A DNA stretch of 48,290 nucleotides from Promethearchaeota archaeon. GTDB taxonomy: Archaea; Asgardarchaeota; Lokiarchaeia; Sigyniarchaeales; SOKP01. This document shows positions 18,943 through 28,317 of the stretch, one piece after another. The notes below the pieces were generated by a model. That model saw only the letters and a program-made list of their open reading frames with translations. It was not told where the DNA came from and did no database searches. Both the position numbers and the translations under genes were made by a program. Within the stretch, counting starts at the first letter, position 1, and each line of letters opens with the position of its first letter. Where the stretch lies: positions 1-48,290 of the forward strand of contig JBHLMP010000029.1 of assembly GCA_048938025.1 (NCBI GenBank). The letters are read 5' to 3'.

Positions 18943-19389
18943 TTGATAATTAAAATGGTTGACGAATCTTTATTAAAGGATTTAAAGGCAGCCCAAGATG
19001 CTGGGGCAGCTGCAGCAAAGCCAGAAGATTTGATGCGAGTCTTCAAATTTATAAAGGAAATCTCTACAGAGAATGAGGATCTTAAAGAAGAGCTCGAGGA
19101 TATGGATATAGCTATCCAAATGATAATTACTGATGCGGATTATAAATTCTGGTTAACTGTGAAGGAAGGTGACCTTGATTTCGGAGAGGGTGAAGTTGAC
19201 AATCCTTCATTTACTATGTCTTCCAATCTTGAGGTTGGTGCTGGTATTATGATGGGAGAAGTTGACGCAACTAGTGCCTATATGGCTGGTGATATAACGG
19301 TAGAAGGTAATTTACAAGACGCTATGGCTTTCCAAGAGATCATCGAATTGGCACTCGAAGCTTATGAAGATCTTGCAGAAGATTTATAA
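18943..19389 (+). CDS. Acidic SCP2 domain protein, tandem paralog (start likely ATG 18955)
   Basis: Same motif; long stretches identical to 18149..18592. Confidence 0.88.
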   Translation: MIIKMVDESLLKDLKAAQDAGAAAAKPEDLMRVFKFIKEISTENEDLKEELEDMDIAIQMIITDADYKFWLTVKEGDLDFGEGEVDNPSFTMSSNLEVGAGIMMGEVDATSAYMAGDITVEGNLQDAMAFQEIIELALEAYEDLAEDL

Positions 19390-19473
19390 GATTAAGTCTT
19401 ATTTATTAGCCAATTCTATATAAACCTTTCTTTTTTTTCTTTAAACTAATTTTTAAATTATTTTTAATTTTTT

Positions 19474-20730
19474 TTAATTTCTTGGTTCTAGCTTAAAGAG
19501 TTTATCATTTTTTTTTACTGGCTTATCTACTAATATTCCAATAGTAATTGATTTTCCTTTTGAAGCAATTGGAGTTTCAGTTAAATTTTTCTTCTGTTTA
19601 ATTTGAATTGACTTTATTGTTTGCCGCAAGTAAGTTTCTGTATGAGTTCCGATAATAAATATTTCCTCGCCTAATTTTAATTGACCCGTAGTTAAAAGGA
19701 TTTTAGCAGCTTGTTTTTCTGGATAATAAGAAAGAATTTTTCCGATCTGTATTTTTTTAAAACTTGAGACACTTCCTTCTCGTTTTGCTTCAATTTCGCT
19801 CCCTTTAGGCAATTCAAAATAAAATCCCGTTGAGAATCCTCTATTATATACTTTTTCTAAGCGTTTAAGCCATTCTTGAACTTTCTGGGGTGTAAAGGTA
19901 TTATCATAATAAGCATCAATTGCTTCTCGATAACATTTAGTGGACTCTTCAATATAAATTGGATCTCTCATTCTACCTTCAATTTTAAAAGCATCAATCT
20001 TTGCTTCAATTAGTTTAGGAATATGTTCGATCATACACAGGTCTTTAGTGTTGATAAAGAATACACCATCATAAAGTAATTCATTATTTTCATCATCATA
20101 TACTCTCCATCTTCTCCGACAAGGTTGAATGCATTTACCCCTGTTTGCAGAATAATTTTGAGAGTTACATATTTCCGCTGAGAAATAACATCGCCCTGAA
20201 ATAGATGTACATTGTGCTCCATGAATAAATACTTCAATTTGACTTTTCTTAATTATGTTTTTTATTTCAGAGATTTGGTTCAGTGATAATTCTCTCGCAA
20301 GTATCAATCTTTCTGCTCCAAGAGATTCATAAAATTTAGCTGAAAGAGAATTAGAAATATTAGCTTGAGTAGAAATATGGAAATCTAGACCTTTTTCTTT
20401 TGCTAACTCAATAGCACCGATATCATGAACGATAACGGCATCAATTTCTGCTTCTAAAGCTTTAGTTAAGATTTTATCTATTAATTCAATCTCATTTTCG
20501 TATATTATTACATTTGTCGTCAGGTAAGCCTTTATATTATTTTCATGGCAAATATTAACAATTTTATTTAGTTCTTTAAGTTTAAAATTATCGCTAAACA
20601 TTCTCATATTTAGTGATTCAATACCAAAATAAACTGCATCTGCACTTTTTAAAACAGCATTTAAGGATTTATAATTTTTTAAAGGTGCCATTAGTTCGAC
20701 TTTTCTATCTTTATCAATCATGATTTTCAA
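19474..20730 (-). CDS. Peptidase U32 family protein (RNA hydroxylase-like Fe-S protein)
   Basis: ELMAP, HISTQANISN, ILARELS, HGAQCTSISGRC, NRGKCIQPCR, KIEGRMR. Confidence 0.9.
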   Translation of the reverse strand: MKIMIDKDRKVELMAPLKNYKSLNAVLKSADAVYFGIESLNMRMFSDNFKLKELNKIVNICHENNIKAYLTTNVIIYENEIELIDKILTKALEAEIDAVIVHDIGAIELAKEKGLDFHISTQANISNSLSAKFYESLGAERLILARELSLNQISEIKNIIKKSQIEVFIHGAQCTSISGRCYFSAEICNSQNYSANRGKCIQPCRRRWRVYDDENNELLYDGVFFINTKDLCMIEHIPKLIEAKIDAFKIEGRMRDPIYIEESTKCYREAIDAYYDNTFTPQKVQEWLKRLEKVYNRGFSTGFYFELPKGSEIEAKREGSVSSFKKIQIGKILSYYPEKQAAKILLTTGQLKLGEEIFIIGTHTETYLRQTIKSIQIKQKKNLTETPIASKGKSITIGILVDKPVKKNDKLFKLEPRN

Positions 20731-20828
20731 GTTTAATTTTTATGATGATTTATTACTTATTTTATTAGAATTAGTAAATAAGAATCTTAACAAAAAATAT
20801 AATAAAGAAAATAAAAAAGAATTTAGAA

Positions 20829-22511
20829 TTAAATAATTGCTTGAAACCAAAGATAGAGAAATAATACTCCAAGCAAGAATTCAAAAAACACCCAGATATA
20901 TCGCATATGTTTTGCATAGTTTCGATGTCTAGCACCAGATTCAGATTCTATCGTATCTACTTGAATATAGGGGGATGGTCCTCGTCTATACCAGCCTTTA
21001 ATTCTAACTCGTTGCCCTATTAATCGTTTTACTTTAGAAATTGCAAAAAAGAAATCTACAATACCTATACCAAATCTATAATCTATATACATTAAGCCGG
21101 TGTGGTCTTGGAAATACATATCATCACTAAAATAATATCCAGGAATTCCTTTTCCAATAATTTTACCTTCAACAATTGCAGGAACATTTCGAATAGGCGA
21201 AACTTTAACATTTGTTACTAGATCCAGCACTGTTTTTGGTTCAAATCCGCTTTTGTACATGAATTTGGTTTTAATAATGGCACCAAAGCCAATCAAATAG
21301 AAACCAATAGCCCAAAGTAAAAGTATATTCTGTGCGGTTAAGAATCCAATTGTAAAGAATCCAGCAAGAGCAAAAATCCAAACGATTGTTATTGCTAGGA
21401 GTGCTATGAATATTAAAGTTGGAAGAGATTTTACGAACAAATCAGTTAAAAATTCATCTGTCATTGATTTCCCTGCTTGTTTTTCTTTTAATTCCTTAGC
21501 GAGTGAGAAATCTATTTCTGGAGTAAGACCATATGTTGCACATTGTTCATTTAGTCGCATAATTCTTTTTGCTGGTAATGGGTGTGTTGAAAAGGCTTGA
21601 TAATATTTTGCCCATGGATTGAATAAATCCCATGCTGCTGCTGCTTGAATTGCGTCTTGGGAAAATTTTCCTTGAGATCCAACACTCATGATTCCTAATC
21701 CTTTTGCGGAGCTAGGATCAAAAATACCTAAGCCTCGAAGTCCACGAACTCTTGACTTCTTTCTTTCTTCAACTTTACCATCAACTAATAACCCATAAGC
21801 AATCTTTACTAGTCCTGTTGATAAGGCATTTGGATCCTCTAAGACTTCAGCAGAATGTTCATCAGCATAATATTCACGAATCCTACTAACTATCAAAGAT
21901 ATTAAATATCCTATATAATAGCTTACATAACTTAAGGCAGCGATTACTATTAGTGCAGCTGTTATTGCAGATGCCTCATCACTATCCCTTCGACTAGAAC
22001 GTGAAAAAAAGCTAGCATAATATGCCCAACGAGCAATTGTCAATAAAACAAGTGGTATAGCAAACACAATTGTCATTAAGATAAAATCTGAGTGCACAAC
22101 ATGACCTAATTCATGAGCAAATACTGCATTTTGTTCCTTTTCATTTAAGTATTTAAGTATTCCATCCGTAATTACAACTCTAGCATTATTTTTAGTATGA
22201 CCAAACGTAAATGCATTAGGATTACCATCGTGAATAATGCCGAGTCTTGGTACTTTAATTCCATTTATTGAAACAACCTTGTCAAGAGAATTTGCTAAAT
22301 GTGGATAGCTCATTGCAAATTGTTCATAAGGGATCCAATCAATTTTATAGAGCCAGCCTATTATATAAGGCGATATTAAGTATTGGAATAATACCATGCC
22401 AACCGTGATTCCAATCATTATTATTAAGCCCCAAAATGAAGAGGGTAAAAACCAAACTCCGATAACAAATACAACAGCGTAAATGAGCGCAAATAATGCA
22501 GTAATTGCCAA
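20829..22511 (-). CDS. htpX: HtpX-like M48 zinc metalloprotease with C-terminal extension (start possibly ATC 22535)
   Basis: PNAFTFG, AHELGH, SRIREYYAD, STHP. Confidence 0.88.
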   Translation of the reverse strand: MAITALFALIYAVVFVIGVWFLPSSFWGLIIMIGITVGMVLFQYLISPYIIGWLYKIDWIPYEQFAMSYPHLANSLDKVVSINGIKVPRLGIIHDGNPNAFTFGHTKNNARVVITDGILKYLNEKEQNAVFAHELGHVVHSDFILMTIVFAIPLVLLTIARWAYYASFFSRSSRRDSDEASAITAALIVIAALSYVSYYIGYLISLIVSRIREYYADEHSAEVLEDPNALSTGLVKIAYGLLVDGKVEERKKSRVRGLRGLGIFDPSSAKGLGIMSVGSQGKFSQDAIQAAAAWDLFNPWAKYYQAFSTHPLPAKRIMRLNEQCATYGLTPEIDFSLAKELKEKQAGKSMTDEFLTDLFVKSLPTLIFIALLAITIVWIFALAGFFTIGFLTAQNILLLWAIGFYLIGFGAIIKTKFMYKSGFEPKTVLDLVTNVKVSPIRNVPAIVEGKIIGKGIPGYYFSDDMYFQDHTGLMYIDYRFGIGIVDFFFAISKVKRLIGQRVRIKGWYRRGPSPYIQVDTIESESGARHRNYAKHMRYIWVFFEFLLGVLFLYLWFQAII

Positions 22512-22662
22512 TCCAGATGCTAATCTAAGTCCGATAATTTATCACCTTTAATTTTTAATATATTTTTAAAATTTAGTTTTTATTTGTTAGATTTATGATA
22601 AATATTAAATCTTAGTATTTTTATTATTTGGTTAGAAAAAATAAGTATCATAAAATTCAGAC

Positions 22663-23307
22663 TTGAGGTGTTTAAATATAAAACTTGTTGTAGAAAAATT
22701 ATATCGTACAACTGATAGTTTGATTAACCAACAGTTTTATAAAGAAGGTCGTGATTTGATCATTGGTAGAACACCTGAAGTCGCTGTAAAAATTAGTAAT
22801 TCTGGACAAATTGTAAGAAAATTTAAAGATCTATTTAATCAGAATTTAGACTTATTCTTAGAGGGTAAGTATCTGAAATTTTTAAGTCATTTTAAGAGAA
22901 TTAAGGGAGTAGATGAAATACTTTTAAAGGAAGTCTATCAAGATCTTCAATTAAAATTTGAACATTTAAAAGATGCGGATCAAGATCATGTAAATATTGT
23001 AATTTTATATACAATAGTTCTTAATTCTATTATTTCAAGTATAAGGGATATTAACTTTAATGTTGCTCTTGAAGAGATAAGAGACAGAGTAAGAAAAAAG
23101 TTTCATACTACTAATAAAGTAATTCAACAGGAATTAGATAATATTTTCATGAGAAACGATAAGAACATCTCAATTTTATACAATATATCTTATCTTGATA
23201 CTTTAGCGGAATCGTTTAATTTTAATAAGGTTGCTCATGTTTGTAAGATTCAAAAAAGTAAATTTATTAATCGCATTGTCGATTCCATAATTACCGCAAT
23301 AATTTAA
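22663..23307 (+). CDS. Hypothetical protein
   Basis: 214-aa ORF; GAGGTG RBS suggests start at ATA 22678. Confidence 0.65.
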   Translation: MRCLNIKLVVEKLYRTTDSLINQQFYKEGRDLIIGRTPEVAVKISNSGQIVRKFKDLFNQNLDLFLEGKYLKFLSHFKRIKGVDEILLKEVYQDLQLKFEHLKDADQDHVNIVILYTIVLNSIISSIRDINFNVALEEIRDRVRKKFHTTNKVIQQELDNIFMRNDKNISILYNISYLDTLAESFNFNKVAHVCKIQKSKFINRIVDSIITAII

Positions 23308-23530
23308 ACCTTTTTCGAATTATTTCAAATTCGAGAATAGAATTCTTTTTTTCTTTTAAAAGGTAGAGAAAGAGAATATAAAGCAAAAAATCCCCTTAGA
23401 TTTCTAGGATCTTTGATTATATGAAAAATTTTATAGTTCATAGTGGATTCGAAGAAATCCTAAAAGAATCTGAAGAATAATGATTGATATTTCAAAAATA
23501 ATAAATTTTGTAAAAATAATATGAATTTAT

Positions 23531-24193
23531 ATGTCATATATTTATATGAAATCTTTAGAAAAAAAGGCAGAAAAATACGATAAAGGTATAAAGATTTTAA
23601 CATTAGGCAGGTTACCAAAAATACAACAATATATTGTTGATAATTATTTAAAAAAAGATGAAATTTTATTGGATATTGGAATGGGGACCGGAACATTTGC
23701 TATATTATGTGCAAAGAAAGGTTTAAATGTTGTAGGAATTGACTTTTCAGAAAAGATGTTAGATATAGCTAGAAAAAATATTGAAAAAGAAGATTTAACT
23801 GAAATTATTAAAATTGTTAAAATGCCAGTTATAGAATTGGATGAAAAATTTGCTGATAATTCATTTGATAAGATAACAGCAATTTTAATATTCAGTGAGC
23901 TTTATTTTAAAGAACAAGAGTTTTGCTTAAATCAAATTTTTCGTATTTTAAAAGAAAATGGAGAATTTATATTGATTGATGAAGTTAAGCCTAAAATATT
24001 TTGGAAAAAGGTTTTATATTTTATAATTAGAATACCACTAGCTTTAATAACATTCATAAAAGCACATGTATCGACTAAATCATTAGAGGATATCGAAAAA
24101 AGGTTGGAAAATCATAGTTTTATAATTATAGAAGAAAAGTTATATTTACTAGACTCTTTTAAAATTATACGTTCAAAAAAAATTATTCCATAA
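23531..24193 (+). CDS. Class I SAM methyltransferase (corrinoid-protein-associated, CpaM-like)
   Basis: LLDIGMGTG, GIDFSEKML; 15 nt upstream of the HgcAB-like gene. Confidence 0.85.
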   Translation: MSYIYMKSLEKKAEKYDKGIKILTLGRLPKIQQYIVDNYLKKDEILLDIGMGTGTFAILCAKKGLNVVGIDFSEKMLDIARKNIEKEDLTEIIKIVKMPVIELDEKFADNSFDKITAILIFSELYFKEQEFCLNQIFRILKENGEFILIDEVKPKIFWKKVLYFIIRIPLALITFIKAHVSTKSLEDIEKRLENHSFIIIEEKLYLLDSFKIIRSKKIIP

Positions 24194-24208
24194 TAATTTA
24201 GAGTAGAT

Positions 24209-25303
24209 ATGAGCTTAAAATCTAAATTGAAATTATTTGGAGCTTATTTTTTCAGGTGGTTAGGCTTTTCAATTGAACCCGATCTTAGAATAATTGGAAA
24301 TCCTAATCGTGATAGCCCAGTATTACTAACTTGTAATTTTAATCTAACTGTAAATAGAGTATTAAAGGCGATAAAGGATTTAGATTGTTACTTATTAATT
24401 GCTCCTTCAAATGGAATAAATGTGTGGTGTGGAGCATGCGGTGAGGATTTTAAAACAGATTCAGTAATATCTATTATTAAAACAAGTGGTATTAACGAGC
24501 TTGTATCCCACAGAACTTTAATATTACCTCAATTAGGTGCTCCAGGATTAGAGCCTATTGAAATTAAGAAGAAAACAGGATGGAATGCTAAATTTGGTCC
24601 CGTATACGCTAGAGATATTCCTGCATATGTGCATAATAATTTTGAGAAAATTGATATGAATCAAAGTGAAGTAAGATTTCCAATTTCTAAGAGGTTGGAA
24701 ATGGCAAATTTATATTTGTTTAGTCTATTTATTTTATTTTCCACTTTTTATTGGATTACTTCTATCTTTTTACCATTTCTGGATTTGTTTCTCTATTTAG
24801 ATAGTATCTTAATTCTTATTATAATCATTAATGGTTCATTATTGATTCTTCCCAGTTTTAAAACAAAGACAGGAAAAGTAAAAGTGTGGATTTACGAGGT
24901 AGTTATTTTAATATTAATCTTATTTTTTAGTTTGTTTCTAATCTATAACCTTTTCTTTTTAATTTGGAATATTACTTTATCAATTCTTATCTCCTTGGTT
25001 ATGTCAGAAGATTTTCACGGGCTTACTCCAACATATAAAAGTGAATTGGGAGAAAAAACTTGGAAAAAAGGAAAAGATAAAATGAAATTTCTTTTCAGTG
25101 AATATAAATTACAACCCTATGGAATAATTAATATAGAGAGGGAAAAATGCATTGGTTGTAAGATGTGTATTGAAGTATGTCCAAGAAATGTATACTTTTT
25201 TAATACGAGAGAAAATAAAGTAGATATTAAATATTCCGAGAAATGTATTAATTGTAATGCATGTGTAAAGCAATGTTTAGCTCATTGTTTGACGATTATC
25301 TAA
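24209..25303 (+). CDS. HgcAB-like fusion: corrinoid-binding domain, TM helices and 2x[4Fe-4S] ferredoxin
   Basis: GNPNRDSPVLLTCNF, GINVWCGACG, LILPQLGAPG, FGPVYARDIP; CIGCKMCIEVCP and CINCNACVKQC. Confidence 0.85.
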   Translation: MSLKSKLKLFGAYFFRWLGFSIEPDLRIIGNPNRDSPVLLTCNFNLTVNRVLKAIKDLDCYLLIAPSNGINVWCGACGEDFKTDSVISIIKTSGINELVSHRTLILPQLGAPGLEPIEIKKKTGWNAKFGPVYARDIPAYVHNNFEKIDMNQSEVRFPISKRLEMANLYLFSLFILFSTFYWITSIFLPFLDLFLYLDSILILIIIINGSLLILPSFKTKTGKVKVWIYEVVILILILFFSLFLIYNLFFLIWNITLSILISLVMSEDFHGLTPTYKSELGEKTWKKGKDKMKFLFSEYKLQPYGIINIEREKCIGCKMCIEVCPRNVYFFNTRENKVDIKYSEKCINCNACVKQCLAHCLTII

Positions 25304-25427
25304 AAAAACACATTCTAAAGGAATTTTAACCTTATTGATTATAAAATCCTCCTCTTTTTATGTTTGTTGATTATATTTAAAATCATTTAAGACTTTATGA
25401 TAAATGTAAATGATAATAATACCATAA

Positions 25428-27347
25428 GTGATATCAATGGCGAATGACTTTAATGAAGAAATTTCATCATTAATGAACAAATACAGCAAGAAGAAAGTTT
25501 CAACAGATAAAGCAATTAGAAAATACATTTATCCAGGAAATCGTATTTTTATTGATTCTGGTTGTGCAGAACCCATTGATTTAACTGCTAAGTTAATAGA
25601 ACTTGGTCCTGAACTCCCAGATGTAGAAATTCTGCATTTTCTTAGTCTTAGTGATCTTGATTACTATGAAACTGCTGGAGGTATAGAAGATTTATTTAGA
25701 CACAATGCATTTTTCATAGGAAAATCCCTACGTAAATATATTGAAGTTGGTCAAGCAGATTATACTCCAATGCTCCTTTCAGAAATACCTTGGTTGTTCA
25801 AACTTGGTCGAATGCATCTAGAAACAGCTCTTATTCAGGTTAGTCCTCCAGATAAATACGGCTTCTGTAGTTATGGGATTAATGTTGATATTGTTAAACC
25901 TATTTGTGAAGCTGCCGAATATGTTATTGCTGAAATTAATCCTAAAATGCCTCGCACATTAGGCAATTCCTTTATTCATATAGATGATATAGATGCATTT
26001 GTTCTTTCAGATCATGAAATAATTGAATTCAATTATGATCCCCCTGGGGAAATCGAGAAGAAAATTGCTAAATTTGTAGCATCACTTATTGAGGATGAGT
26101 CAACAATTCAAATGGGAATAGGGACTATTCCTAATGCAGTTACTTCAGAATTAGGAGTTAAAAAGGATTTAGGTGTGCATAGTGAGGTATTTTCTGATGG
26201 GATTGTAGATCTTGTAGAGCAAGGAGTAGTTACGTGTAAAAAGAAAACGATTCATAAAGATAAGATAATTTGTTCTTTTGTTATGGGTTCACGAAGACTG
26301 TATGATTTTGTAGATGATAATCCTATGGTTGAATTCCATCCTTGTGACTACTGCAACGATCCTTATATCATCAGTCAAAATAAGAAACAAGTAGCAATAA
26401 ATGCTGCTTTAACAGTAGATCTAACAGGTCAAGTAAATGCAGATTCTCTTGGTCATCAATTTTACAGTGGAATTGGTGGTCAAGTTGATTTTGTAAGAGG
26501 TGCTGGACGTGCAACAGAAGGAAAACCTATTATGGTTGTTCCTAGCACTGCAACATTGGACGATGGTACTGTTGTTTCTCGAATTGTTCCTTATTTACAA
26601 TCAGGATCTGGAGTTGTTATTACTCGCGGTGATGTTCATTATATTGTATCTGAATGGGGCATCGCTTATCTTTATGGAAAAAGCATTAGAGAAAGAGTTC
26701 TTGAGATGATTAATATAGCACATCCCGATTTTCGAGAAGAATTATTAGAACATGCGAAGAAATGGAAATATGTATATTCAGACCAAAAATTACCCATATC
26801 CATAGATGGAAGAATTGCTGTATATCCTGAAAAATATGAAACAACACTTAAATTAAAGAATGAAAAAAAAATAAAAATTCGCCCTGTTAAACCGACTGAT
26901 GAGAGGTTGATTCAAGAACTTCATTATTCGCTTGATGAGAAGGATAGATATTTAAGATTTTTTACTCCTGTTCATGATTTTCGTCATAAGAAAATGCAAC
27001 CGTTTGTAACAATAGATTACACTACAGATATGATTTTGGTAGGGGAAGCCAGTGAAGGGGGAGAAGAAAAAATTGTGGCTTTAGGAGCATTTTTTAAAAC
27101 CGTTCAGCCCTCAGTAGCAGAAATAGCTTTTGTAGTTCATGAGAACTGGAGAGGTTTGGGAATAACTAGATTTTTACTAAATTATTTAGTAAAAATTGGT
27201 CGTGAGCTTAATTATAAGACTTTTGGAGGTTCAATTTTACTTGAAAATAAACCTATGCTTCATATAATAGATACATCGGGATATAAATTAACATTTAAAA
27301 ACATTGAAAGTGGAGTTGCTGAATTTGCATTTAATATCTCAAGATGA
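25428..27347 (+). CDS. Acetyl-CoA hydrolase/transferase fused to GNAT acetyltransferase
   Basis: QMGIGTIP, GVHSE, SGIGGQVDFVRGA; C-terminal AEIAFVVHENWRGLGI. Confidence 0.9.
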   Translation: MISMANDFNEEISSLMNKYSKKKVSTDKAIRKYIYPGNRIFIDSGCAEPIDLTAKLIELGPELPDVEILHFLSLSDLDYYETAGGIEDLFRHNAFFIGKSLRKYIEVGQADYTPMLLSEIPWLFKLGRMHLETALIQVSPPDKYGFCSYGINVDIVKPICEAAEYVIAEINPKMPRTLGNSFIHIDDIDAFVLSDHEIIEFNYDPPGEIEKKIAKFVASLIEDESTIQMGIGTIPNAVTSELGVKKDLGVHSEVFSDGIVDLVEQGVVTCKKKTIHKDKIICSFVMGSRRLYDFVDDNPMVEFHPCDYCNDPYIISQNKKQVAINAALTVDLTGQVNADSLGHQFYSGIGGQVDFVRGAGRATEGKPIMVVPSTATLDDGTVVSRIVPYLQSGSGVVITRGDVHYIVSEWGIAYLYGKSIRERVLEMINIAHPDFREELLEHAKKWKYVYSDQKLPISIDGRIAVYPEKYETTLKLKNEKKIKIRPVKPTDERLIQELHYSLDEKDRYLRFFTPVHDFRHKKMQPFVTIDYTTDMILVGEASEGGEEKIVALGAFFKTVQPSVAEIAFVVHENWRGLGITRFLLNYLVKIGRELNYKTFGGSILLENKPMLHIIDTSGYKLTFKNIESGVAEFAFNISR

Positions 27348-27450
27348 TTATAATTTGGTTTATTTCTATGAAACTTTTTATAAAATATAGTAGGTAAGTT
27401 AATTTTACTTCTTTAATATGCCTACTTATGATAAATTAGGGTGATATTAA

Positions 27451-28311
27451 ATTCTAATTACAGAATTTCATAAGAAATATAAAGAAAAAGGTTTAATCGA
27501 AGAAGTAATTAATTCATTTCAAAATATAATATACTCATATTATAAACAGAGTGGTCGAAAGTTTCCTTTTAGAAAAAATCTTTCACCTTATTATGTTTTA
27601 GTTTCAGAAATAATGCTCCAACAAACACAAACTAGTAGAGTGTCTGAAAAGTTTTTAGAATTCATTAATAAATTCCCAGATTTTAAAACCTTAGCAAACG
27701 CCCCTTTAGATTCCATATTAGGAGTCTGGCAAGGATTAGGGTATAATCGAAGAGCTATTGCATTAAAAAAAATTGCACAAATTATAATTGAGGATTATCA
27801 AGGAGAATTACCAGACTCAAAAGAAGTTTTAGAGACTTTTCCTCAAATTGGGAAAGCAACAGCATCTTCAATAATTGCTTTTGCTTTCAATAAGTCAACA
27901 ATCTTCATAGAAACAAATATTCGAAGAGTCTATATTTATTTCTTTTTCTTTAACGATAGCAATGTTAATGATAAGCAGATCCTTCACATTCTGGAAAAAA
28001 CTATTGATAGGGAAAATCCTCGTAAATGGTATTATGCTCTCATGGATTATGGTGTAATGCTCAAAAAGAAACACCCAGATCTTCATAAAAAGAGTGCTCA
28101 TTATGAAAAACAAGCTCCTTTTAAAGGTTCCAATAGAGAAATTAGAGGTAAAATCTTAGATCTGGTAATTAAAAACAAAAGTATTACTCAATCAGAAATT
28201 GAGAGAAATTTAGAAATTGTAAATAATCAGAAGATAACGAAAATCATCCAACAATTAGAAAAAGAAGGTTTTATTAATGTTAATAAAGAAAATATTGAAA
28301 TTGCTAGATAA
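27451..28311 (+). CDS. mutY: MutY-like A/G-specific adenine glycosylase lacking the Fe-S cluster
   Basis: In-frame upstream YYKQSGRKFPFR..PYYVLVSEIMLQQTQ, WQGLGYNRRA, HhH; no Cys cluster; frame opens at ATT 27451 (track ATG 27613 is internal). Confidence 0.85.
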   Translation: MLITEFHKKYKEKGLIEEVINSFQNIIYSYYKQSGRKFPFRKNLSPYYVLVSEIMLQQTQTSRVSEKFLEFINKFPDFKTLANAPLDSILGVWQGLGYNRRAIALKKIAQIIIEDYQGELPDSKEVLETFPQIGKATASSIIAFAFNKSTIFIETNIRRVYIYFFFFNDSNVNDKQILHILEKTIDRENPRKWYYALMDYGVMLKKKHPDLHKKSAHYEKQAPFKGSNREIRGKILDLVIKNKSITQSEIERNLEIVNNQKITKIIQQLEKEGFINVNKENIEIAR

Positions 28312-28317
28312 TATTAT

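Noticed and set aside
24209-25303. Calling this a true mercury methylase hgcA/hgcB
   Set aside because: Fused architecture, altered cap-helix motif and no HgcB Cys tail.
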